Shown: positions 28,601-40,600 of the stretch, in pieces
Layout: each line of letters begins with the position of its first letter
How positions within the stretch are numbered: position 1 is the first letter of the stretch
Translations under genes and position numbers: made by a program
Source of the DNA: Ascidiella aspersa
Lineage: Eukaryota
Direction: 5' to 3'
Assembly (NCBI GenBank): GCA_963924565.1
Contig: OZ004613.1
Location: 21,576,001-21,640,000, forward strand
DNA: 64,000 bases
Notes under the pieces: model-generated
What the model saw: only the letters and a program-made list of their open reading frames with translations
The model's database searches: none
What the model was told of the DNA's origin: nothing

Positions 28601-31600
28601 GTGTAGAGCACAAATTCGACCTTAAAATAACAGAAAAATAAAAAATACAAACTTCATGCCATCTTAGTTGACCTAAGTAAGCCCAAGGACGCTGGTTAAA
28701 TCCATTGTCATTTTCTGGGTGCGGTCTTGTCTTCCGTTTGATTATAAATACAAGCAAATTAGCCTAACAAATCTTATTAACGACTACAAAGGCAAATTTG
28801 AAAAGTCTCTGAGCAAACACTTTTATTTCTAATAATTAGATTATTTTTTTACTTCCTACACCGTCCGGCAGTAAATAAATTCATATAGCTGTGTATCTCT
28901 GGTTTGGACAAATGAATTTGCTGTTTTTTTGTTTTTTGCAATTATCCAATTTCCTATTTTAATAATATGCTTGGTCTTGTTTATTTTGTGCAATCTTTTT
29001 TAACCTATATTTTAACTAAAAAGTCTATTCTTTAAAACAATTTAAAACAACCAGCATATTGTTTTTCTTTGGCATTTTTATAGTCGTTTGTGATATTCTT
29101 TGTGATATACCATAAATACCAACTATTAGCATTTTTGAGTGTTTTTCATAAACCTGAAAAAACAACTGTAATTTGTTTTTCACTGGTCGTCAGTAAAATA
29201 TGAAAAACAAGTCCTGATGCCACCCAGACAATAATGCAGTACTTCATACAATCATGCAATGTATAAAAAAATGATTTTGTGAAAAGTAAAAATTTATCAT
29301 GCTTCAGGTCGAAAAAAATGTTTTCCTACTAATGATTTGTTCATTTTTATAACAGTTGCATGAACACAAAACAATGTTTCTTTGTTTCGTCACCAAGTCC
29401 ATTGTAAGATACATTTCAGTTCCCAAATTTTCCAACAAATGTTAGTTCGTTTTAGCAAACGTTAAGAAGGCCAAGGACGGTTTCGTCTTAAAAAAGGGCT
29501 TTTTCGCGACTTGGGTCAATTGTGAAAATTATACCGGGTTACCATGAACTATCAAGTGGAAAGTATCCTTTTGCCGAAGGAGAGAAACGTATGCTTGGCG
29601 AAGGGATACAAAGTAAGCGACCAGTTTTTGGGAGGCGGCGCTGTCGGCCGAGTATTTTTGGCCGAGGCAACCAAACAACTGATTGAGACCAACGACACGC
29701 TAAAGTTGTTGGCTGGGCAAGCTGGTCAGCTAAAGGTAAGTTTATGGAACTTGGTTGTGGGTTTCATCTTTTTTATAAAATATCATATAAACCTAAAAAC
29801 AGACAGATTTGTTAAATAAAATGGACAATTGGTAGCAATAGCCAATCAAATTAAAAAACTAGGCATTCGTATTTCTTGCATTTGTTGGCCGACCAGTTTC
29901 ACACAATAGTTAATCATACAACAATTTTTTTATTTAAGTAAATTGTTTATTTTCCATTTTGTTTAATTCAAGTTGTTGTCATGGTAATAATCACACTTTG
30001 TCAAATTGTTAAGCAGTTTAGTATCAGTTTCGCATTCCTGCCAATTGTGACGTAATTTTGCTTGCAGGTCAACTTGTTTATGTTATCTTGTACTTATGTG
30101 GTATTCTTAAAAACAATACATAAATTCGAAATAATTTAAAATAAATAGTTTCTAAAATTTATTTCTTTCATTATGTGTTTATACCAACACGAAAGCTTAA
30201 CAGGAAGTACATCGTTAGTGACGTTATATTTTAGTAATTATAGGAAACATTAATTATTATAATTATTTGTTGTTTTTTGCAAAGTTTATTTATTGCAAAA
30301 TGTAAACAAGTCAACAAACTCACAAACATTTCAAATTTTACCAGGTCGCGATGAAGATAGTGTATGCCGATTTGGGAACTGTCGGTGTAGCAAATCTTGC
30401 GAAGTACTTACCCACCGAAATATCAAACTTAAACAAGACTTTTGGACATCCAAACATTGTAAGCATATTAGTGGGGCGATTATTTTTTGACTTGTCAAAA
30501 AACGTCAAAATTTTGAGAAATTTTCACGTTAGGTCAAAATTTGTCAAAATTATGTCGAGTCAAAATCGATTAAAAATGCCAATAAATTGTTTCCAAATTA
30601 AATAATAAAAACTATAGTCATCTTGTTGAATTTGTCTTTCAGTTAAAATTTTATCAAAAAAATTGGTTTAAGTTATAGTTAACAACATTTTAAATGTTTT
30701 ATTTCTTCCATAGAGCAATATACGGTATCGATAAATGTATTAAACCGTATTGCTATCGTTTTGCGCTTTTGATTTGTCATTAGCCCATTTCTTATTTCGA
30801 TATTTCGATAAGTAGACCAGCTAACCTACAGGTTAAGTCATAAAGTTGCGTCCAAACATGAAGTAATTTTTTGTTATCCTAAAAAGACGAAAACACTAGC
30901 ACGCATCGTGAAAAATGTCTTTGTACAGTTTTAGTTGCCCAAACTTTAACTTTAGACTTTCGGGCTAAGGTGGTTTGACCAAATGGTTGAGGTCTTTAGG
31001 ACACAAGAGAGATTAGTTAAATTTCGCGTTGTTAACTCGAAAAAATTGTTGCTCGTAAGCATTTTTGTAGTTAAAATTGAAAAAAAAAACAGTTCGAAAG
31101 GCATGGCCACGTACTCTCTGGAGCCCCCTCTGACTATTATTTGCTTTTATACTCAGTATTGTACAGCATGGGCGACGGTTTTAATCGTGAAAGCAAGGTA
31201 ATTAGAAAAAATAATATAGCGGGTTATAAATCGATTTTATGTTCTCGGGTATAAATGTGATACCTCCAAATGGTTTGTAATATACTTTAGTGTCGCCTTC
31301 AACAAAATGCTACAATGGAAAGATATGCATTGCTTGTACATAGAAGATAATTGTGTTTCTGTTGCTGTAAAAGTTTGTACGTGCCTTTTGTGTAGAATAA
31401 TCCTATATTAAACTGCGCCTGCAACTGTTTTCCCCAGATCAAACTGTTGGACGTTTTCGTCTCCTGCAAACGCATCTTTATGGCGATGGAATACGCTGCC
31501 AAGGGCGACCTGAAAGCCTTGTATCGAAGGCACGTAACCAATAATCCCGAAAAGACATTTTTCGAAGAAAATTTGGCACGACAATACTTCATGAAAATTC

Positions 31601-34600
31601 TTAGAGGCGTACAGCATTTACACAAAAACAACATTGCCCATCGGTAAGTGTTCTGCTTTTGCTCAGCTATCACTGTCGAAAGTCCCATCCTTATTCCTAA
31701 AAGAGTAGTTCTCAAACCTTATACCTGACAGGCCTCTTTTGCTTATAGGCCTACTCAGTGTTGTAATGACTTAAGTCAATGACTTGACTTAAGTCACTGT
31801 TTTCAAACGACTTGACTTGACTTAAGTCATTTGGGAAAAATGACTTGGGTTAAAATAAAGCGTTTTTTTCAAATATTTTTTTATAAAATTGAGCTATTTA
31901 TCCAAATTTTAGCACATAAAACAAATTGCTTGCTATATGTTGCGTTTTTTCTTATTTTTTAGTTCAGTTATTTCTCATAATCATACAAATTAAAAAAATT
32001 TAATAGTTTAAAATTTTATTTTTTAACAAGGACATGACTTAAAGTTGACTTGCTCTAATTATGACTTGACTGGGACTTGACTTGCGCAACTGATGACTTG
32101 GACTGGGACTTGACTTGTCATTTATTTAAAAACACTTGACTTGGACATAAGTTGTTTTACAAATGACTTGACTGGTACTTAAGTCAATTTAAAATGACTT
32201 GTTTACAACACTGGGCCTACTTGAAGTTATGGCGAACCAATTAAATCTTAAAACAATTACTTTGATAGTCAAATCACTATACCCCTACATACTAGTTGCT
32301 GTACACAAGTGTGAAATATTTATTTAAAATATGTTTTGCTGACACCGAGAACTGCCCCAATCTTGCAACAAATCTGAAGTTTGCGTAGCTTAGTTATTGT
32401 TGGCAAAAACTCATACTATTATACAGGGATCTTAAGTTGGAAAACATCTTGGTGACGGAAGACGGGGAAGTAAAGCTTGGCGACCTGGGATTTTCTGTCG
32501 GACCCACCACGAATCAAGAGCATAATGATGGAAGGGTTTTTGGGAAGTTCCCGTGCCGCGTAAGCGTTTCGCAATGCGGAACCCCAGGCTTTATGGCCCC
32601 CGAGGTGCTTCGAAGCACCAAGGGGAGCCGCATGAGTTCAGGCTACAACGCAGTCCAGGCCGACTTGTGGAGCTTGTAAGTTAATTGCTGTTTTTCTTTG
32701 TATTACAGCATTCCGTTTTCTGAGGAAAACTATTTGATATTTTTGTATTGACTCGTATAGTTTTTTTGTTGCACGATTGTATTTGTGTTTTAACTAATGT
32801 AGCAATGTTTTGATACGCTCGAGGCCAAATTCTATGGATCATATTTTGGCAAACCTATTAAGTTTTGAAGCTGACAATAATTAGCGACAATTAATTGACA
32901 TGATCTGACCCCAATGTATTCAAATCATGCCTTTTTACTACGTGAGCTGCTACCTTTTCAAAGCTAACTGCAAAACACGCTTTCCAGGGGTGTTGTGCTC
33001 TTTGTGCTTGTCAATGGCCAGTATCCATTTCCGGGAAAGACGCCCAAGGAGGTTTTAAAACAGTACGAAAAAGTCAAGTCCGCGTCGTTGCCCTTCCGCA
33101 GAGGTCTTTCAATTGGTGGGTGGGTGTATTTGAGAAAGTTTGTAAGTGAATCTAAATGGGTATTTCACGCAGAATAATTTTTGTGTATATAGAATGCCAA
33201 GACTTGATCAATCGCCTGATCAGTTACAACCCTAGAAGCAGACCTAAAGTGTTTGAGATCATGCGCGACCCCTGGATAACACAGGACCCCAAAAAACACC
33301 AAGGCATTCCGTATCGTGAAATTATGGTGGGCTGAAAAAGCAGCATAAACTGTGTAAAGACGTTCTTGATTTTAACAACTGTATTTTTTAGAATCCTTTG
33401 TTGCCGTCTATGGAGGCATGCCGGATCAGCAATCACCAAAGTATGTATTATTTTCTATAAATCCTAATGTTGTGTGATTTATCAAAAAATCCTAATGTTG
33501 TGTGATCTATTTAGTTATGTTAACAAGAAAGCCGATCGCAATTATCGTGTAATTTAATATGTTATTCAAAATATACATCGCAGAGCTGCCTTAACATTAG
33601 TCAACTGTACTGCCACATATGTATAGTAGGCTAGTTTACTTATTTATTTTGTCAGAAATTTCCTTCCAAGCCACTTACGTGTGCAACTACCTGATTCAGC
33701 GAAAAGAGTTTTTGAAAGAAGCTCGAAAATGTATTTCAAAGTCTGGCAAAACGAAACCCGAAGACTTGCAAAACGCGGGAATCCGCATCAGACTGCCGCG
33801 TCGAGACACCCAAGGCAAAAGCGTAGACGAGGTCTGGCGATTTGAGGCATACCAGGATCGCAGTGCAAGCAAGGTTCCGAATCCATTCGTAGCAAACACC
33901 TCAGAAAATCCCAAAGACCCGTGGGTTTTGCCTCCTGAATCTATGGAGCCGACTCTTGGTATTTTTTCAGTAAGACGAGAACTTGCTCGAGCACCGCCGC
34001 TCCTGAAAAAATGGCGCGAAATTCGCAGGTGCAACAAAACGCCTGAAACCTACATGGAAAAATGCGTCCAGCTTTGCAACACCGTTGACCTTGACCGGAC
34101 GTGGCCCCCGGCTGAACCCCCACCAAAGCCCCCCACACAGCAGTGGGTCGAGGTGTTAGACGTCGAGAGCAGGTACCCGGGAAACCACAGTCGAATAAGC
34201 GAGCGCGGGAACCTGATGATTTTGAAGCGCGTGCCCGAGCAGAAGTTTTCGGCGCGAGACGTCCTCGTTACCTATACACCTAAGGCATCCGAGAGCTCAG
34301 CCTACAGACGGCGGTACTTTAAAACCGCTGGCGAAATCTTCAAAAGCCAAACTTCGTCAACGCATTTCACGTTTTACCTCTCGCCCAAGTCCGTTGTAGA
34401 AACTGATGGGCGCATCAAAAGCAAAATTCCGACCCACAGCAGCAGGAAAAAGTTGAACAAACTCCGGAAGCTTAAGAGAAGGAAAGGAATGCGAGGTTCC
34501 AATCGTTCCGCCTGCGATTTTCACTCGCCCAGAGGTGATTCACAATATTATTTGTTGTTTTTCTGCCAGTGTTTTGTTTACTTTAGGCTTGCAAAAACTT

Positions 34601-37600
34601 CAGTGAAAATAATTTTGTCGCCAAAGCTTCTCTGTTATGCCTAAGCTTAGCATTGGATCGGACACATACAAAAATATTGAGATACACTGTTCTAGCATAA
34701 TTACTTTTCTACATCTTTTCGTCGATCGTTGCCGGAGTTATACTAAAACCAAAGTAATCATCAGTAAAAAAAGAGTGGCCCAAATAAATGACAAAAGATT
34801 CATTCAAGATTCAAACGTCCGAGCGTCTATATAATTATTCATGTTTATCTCAACCTCATTTTACCGCACTGAAGATGTCATAAGCACTTGCCGAAACGTA
34901 TGCAAATAAAAGAATGAATATTTCATCATTTATTTGGGCCACACTTTTTCTACCGAAGATTTTTATGAACAGATCCGTGCTTAGTATTCGAAACCAATCA
35001 TATTTTCCCTTTTGTAAAGTCAAGCGTAACTTTTCACCGCGACTTAATTTATCCACTTTTACGAATCACTTACAGAGGTCAAACCAAATCCGCGAGAAAT
35101 CGTGCCGATAGACCTTGCGAGGGTGCTGCACAGAGATGACAGAGGGTTCACCAGGATTCCTGCCCCGAAACAAACCCCGTTGCACAAATTGTACCCACCA
35201 AGATCTCCATCAACAAGTAGGCGTTCGTGTTTAATCCGTATACCGTTATCTTAGCACTCAGGTGACAGTGTTAACCATAACTATGTGTAAACAATCTAGA
35301 GTGGTTAATTTGGCGAACAGTTTTAATTTATTTTGGTCTCTATTTATCCTGCTCTGCCTTGGGAGTTTATTATGTCACCTCTTTTAACTCTCATTTTAGT
35401 TCTTGCCCATGTTTTAGCTGTGCTTGTTTAATTTTAGAATAGCTTATCTACTATTGTGAGTAACACAAAAAATAACGATAAACAACCATGTTAGGCAAAT
35501 CAGAGTCGCTTCAAAACTTAGCAAATGCACAAGCTGCCACGAGGAAGTCAATTATTGCTGAGCACAGCAGTCGCAAAGTAGCGAACGACATGGGAAGAAG
35601 AACGCTTCCGAGCTATGCATTTTCCAAATTTACAGGTAAGAAAACCTACTCAAATATTGAATGGAACAGATGGAAAAGTTATTCATATTATTAGAAACTT
35701 CAAAGTTATTCATAATATATCTTTTCTATTGTTTATCCAGTATTTTTTGTTAGGTGTGGATCCAAAAGAACCACCCCAAAAGTCAGTACTGAAACTATTA
35801 GACGTGAGACAGTTTTTGCAAAGAAACCGTGACAGCAGAACCAAAATTCCGATGCCGAATTTTGTTGAGAAAACGCGGCAAAAAATAAGGGACCTATATC
35901 TGTCGAAAAAACTTCAAAAAGGTAAGTTAATGCATTTTTTAAATTTGATATTTGCATCAGCGATGCAAGTCACAAATGTAAACACCGTTCGTTTTATAGG
36001 TGCGTATTTTTTTCATTTTCATTTTACAACATTTACCTATTGTAGACGAGGCCACACAAAATCCCGGGCGCCTGAAAAGAGTTTCAACGAAAATATTGAA
36101 GAAGAAAGATATGGTTAATTGGTGCAAAGCACAGATTTTTCCGACCTTGTTCTCGTACAAGTCGGAAGTCGAACGCACAAAGCCTGCTAAACCTGATAAA
36201 ACGACAATTAACACGAAACCCGTTCAATTTATCCTGAACTGGAAACGCTGTCCGAACCCAGAGGACCGAGAAAAACGTGAACAAGTAGGTTTAAATTAGC
36301 ATTTTTTCCTGTCATCATTGTAAATTTGAGCGTTAACGCAATTGGTCAGGTCACGATATATTCTGTTAAAAAGTGTTGTGTTTTACGGGTTTTTTCATAA
36401 TAGCCCACAACTCTTTTTATCACATTCAACAATCTTTAGGTTGACGCCACGCTTATTTATTAACTCTGGACTTTGCGTGTTTTTAGGACCAGGAACCATT
36501 GTTACCGGTACTCCAACATCGCAATCAGCAGGTTTAACTGCCTCATATATAATAAAATTCTTATTCTAGCATATTTTAATGTAATAAAATAGAGTTAGAT
36601 TAGCTATCTTCAAAATTACCCCTGGTATTTTTTCTTTCACAGGTATCTGGTGGTAATCAGTCACAAAACCTTCAGAACATTCGGTACAAGCCTCATATTC
36701 GCCGAGGAAAAGGTGTTGCACTTACACATTATTTGCTGTAGCGGATTTCCGTGTTTGCTAACCGTTGTAACCTACTTTTTATAACAGGAACAAAGGCAAC
36801 GTATCGACCACAGCTGCACTCTAGCCAAAGGAAAAATCAGCCGTTTCACGATATTACACGTTCGTCAGGTGCGTCGCTTTTCTTTCGGTATTTTGCCTTT
36901 TAACGGTTTTATGTGTTATCTTGCTAGTTTTTCTCCCCTTATGAAACGGTGGATTTGTTTTATAGATCGTACTTCGCTCATCACTGAAAAGCAAAGCCGT
37001 TCCGGCCACCGAGACAAAAATAGCCACGGTAGAAATTACAGAGCAATTCCGGTACGAACTTCAAAGGAAATAACCGTATCCAGCGATGTAGCAAAAAGAG
37101 AAAACATGGCGCATGCGACGAAAAAGGTTTCACTTGCGGAGGGAGTATTAACAAACGACAAATTGTCAACAAACAGGGGCACATCGAGAAAAAAGGTCAA
37201 TAAAACAGCCAACTCCAATGTATTGTGTCAGACATCATCTCGATCTGTCAATTCAGTAGGAGTGAGTGAAATGGGTAAACAACAGGCCGGACAAAACTTT
37301 TTGTTGGTTGAAAAAAACGAAAAACAGTCATATAGCATAAGCGAAAAAGTGGCAAGGCTGGAGAAAATGTCATGGAAGAGTTTGTTAGATTCGGATATTT
37401 TTGAAACCGATTTAGGCGCGAGTTGGTCAGGCCCAGATGCAGATAAACTCCAGGTCGTAAAAGAATGGATGGGAGAAGACGATTTTATGTTCTTTCGCAG
37501 AAGCGCTTTTGAAAATTATGTTGATAATTTGTCAGAGTTATCGGATGACGAAAGTGACTCCAGTGTATGCAGTAACGAGACGGTGATTTCTGTAAAAGTT

Positions 37601-40600
37601 GCAACAAAGGATAGCGAGAGTTTTGTGCAGAGTTCCTGTTTTAATCAAACTCCTGCAACAACTGTCACATCACACGTCGACAGAATTGTAAACGAAATGC
37701 TTGAAGAAGAAAGCCCACTGCTGATTTTGAACAAGCTTCCCGAGTTAAACATTCAAGATACTCGGTCTGCCAAAAATTGTTTAGACTCAAGGTATTCAGA
37801 ACATTCGGAACATTTTATATCACCTCCAGATCAGAAGCAAGTTAAAATCGAAAATTCAGAGATTGGAAACTATTTGACCGGTGCCTCCGGTGAGACAACA
37901 CCGCTCCTATGTGATTCTGAAGTTTTGCAGTTCCCGGACGGTAATTTCGAGGAAGTTAAAGAAATGTTTGGGTACCACAGTATTTCTGATGAATATCTAG
38001 TTCGCACAGAACTCCCAAAAGTTACAACCAAAGATACAGAACTTGATTCGAATGCATCTGACAACCTAGTTGAACTGATTCCCTATGTTCAACTTTCATC
38101 AACAGCATCCGCTAGCCATCCATCTTTTTCTCCGATGCTTTGCGATGCCCCAGTCGATGTGCAAGCAACCACAACTGTAAATAATGCGATAGATATAAAC
38201 GACAAACCTATTTCACAATCACTAGTTATTGAAGAATACCTGCCACCTATAAAATCCTGGGATTCTAAACAAGGCATTTCTCTATCACCATCACTGACAA
38301 ATAATAACGACATGTCGATTTCGGAGTTGGCTGTTACAGGGCCGAATGCATCAAATACACAGCTGGGTCAAATAGTTTTGCCTGTATCAGATAAACGGTT
38401 ACGTAACAGCAGCATGTCTGCAACAGATGCACAAATGACTAGCGTAACTGCATTCGATGCACAACTTAGTAAAATAAGCGTGTCTGCATCAGATAGACAA
38501 CTGGGTGAACTAAACTCGCACAAATCAGATGCACAACTGAGTTGCAAAATCGTATCACATGCGAACTCTGGTAGCAGCAGTATGTCGTCATCAGATGTAC
38601 AATTAAGCGAAATTGTGTTGCGTGTATCAGATTCACAACTGAGTAAAACAAGCACTTCTGTTTCAGAAGCTCGACTACATGTAGATATAAGGGGCACGCC
38701 AGTACCAGATGAACTCGTTAATGAAAGGGTGTTGCCTTTATCAGATGTACAACTGAGTGAACGAAGCATGCCTAATACAGACTCACTGTGTGATGAAAAA
38801 AGGTTTGCAGTATCAGAGGCACAACTAAGTGAAAGAGTTTTGCCTGGATGGAATGCACAACTCAGTGGAAGAGGCGTGCCTAGGGCAGAACAAAGCAGAA
38901 TTTCTGCATCAGAAGCTCAACTGAGTATAAGGGCCACGCCAGAACCAAATAAACTATTTAGTGAAAGGGTGTTGCCAGTATCAAAGGCACAACTAAGTGA
39001 AATAATTGCGCCCGTATTAGATGCGAAACGGAGGGAAATAAGGGATTGTGTGTCTGACGCACCGCTTAGTGAAAGAGTTTTTCCTGTATTAGATGCACAA
39101 CCAAGTGAAATACACTTGCCTATATCAAATATAAAACGAAGTCAAAGAGTCATTTCTGAATCAGATATGGAACTTAGCGATGAAAGGATACCTGCATGGG
39201 ATGAACAATTAAGTGAAAGCAATGTGTCTCTTCCACATTCACAACTTAGTGATTTAAGCATTCATATATCAGGTGCAAAGCTAAGTAAAAAAAGCATGCC
39301 TAAATCAGATGTTAAACAGAGTGAAAAAACTCTCGTATCAGATTCTTTTGAGCTTAAAGGAAGCATGACAAAGTCACCAAAATATTTACCTAAAACGAAT
39401 GTACCAATATCAAACTCACATGTGTCACAAAAACCGACTTCGTCAATAAAACTGTCAAATTCCACAAGCCTGGTACCTAGTACAGCAAAATATCCTTCTT
39501 GCAACCAGGCTGAATCTGTTGGTTCAAAAGAACAAGTGCAGACTTCGAAGTTGTCGACGTTTACACATTTAAAATGTGCGTTAGAAGAGGCGGTGATGCC
39601 TGTTGTACTACCAGAACCACTTTACGAATCACCAAGTCTACCGATGACCCCGAAGGCCGCGAAAGTGGCCAAAGTGGTTGATCTTCACCAAAAAGACACA
39701 ATCAAGCAGAAGGTTAAAACAGTACGCGTGAAAAACCGTTTACCTAAAAAGGACGAAAGTCTTTCCATTATTTATACAAATAAAAAGTCAAACGACCGCG
39801 AAAAAGTTGAAAAGCCTGACAGGAAGACAAATGTGCCAGCAACTAGCGTTCAAGATCAGCAAAGACGATGTGCCACCTTTTCATCGAGCAATAGCGACAA
39901 TGATATGGAAATACAGTTTGCGGACAGCCAGTCATCACATTCTAGTCGCCAATTTGCTGAATTAGGAGTCACAGGTGAATTTCCGAAAACGGAGTTTCTC
40001 AACGTAACGCCAGACGACACAGTTTCTACTCCAGGCGAAAAGTCAAGCGCGAAAGGAAAGTATGTCTCCATAAGGATCAAGGTGCCATTCAACGCCGATA
40101 ACAAATCACGTTTAAGAGAAATATGCGACCACCTGACTGATCAACTATCAAAACAAAACGACGCTCACGGCAAAAAAGAAAAACTAAACGAAAAGAGGAA
40201 AGAAACGGTCGACATAAAGCGCAGACAATGTGAATCAGCTCCAAGTCACCATTGCCGCGACGTAGCGTCACAATTTTGCGCCAGCGAAGGCATGCAAAGC
40301 CAAACACGTTTCACTGACGGCAAGTCCACTCAAACAGTTTCCCGTGAAAGCAAATCGATCCAAAAAGATGGCGGCGAAACCAGGTCCACTCAAGTACTTG
40401 AATTCAAAAGCAAGGCGACGCAAAAGTGTCTCAGCGTTAGCAAGTCGACACAAGCCGTCGAAACCCGGTCAATGTCAACACAAACCGATTCGATTACAGA
40501 GTTTTGCGTTCGCGCTTCGAAACGATCTAGGCGTAGAAACGTTTGCAGGAAAACTGGGAACGAGGTTCCGTTGTCCTGCTACGCGACACCAACAAAACAA

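Noticed and set aside
31756-32213. GACTTG periodic repeats as a CRISPR-like array
   Set aside because: Irregular short subterminal repeats inside a TIR/TSD-bounded MITE in a eukaryotic intron; no spacers or cas genes.
33458-33510. Short tandem duplication aaatcctaatgttgtgtgat x2
   Set aside because: Ordinary intronic slippage duplication with no evident function.
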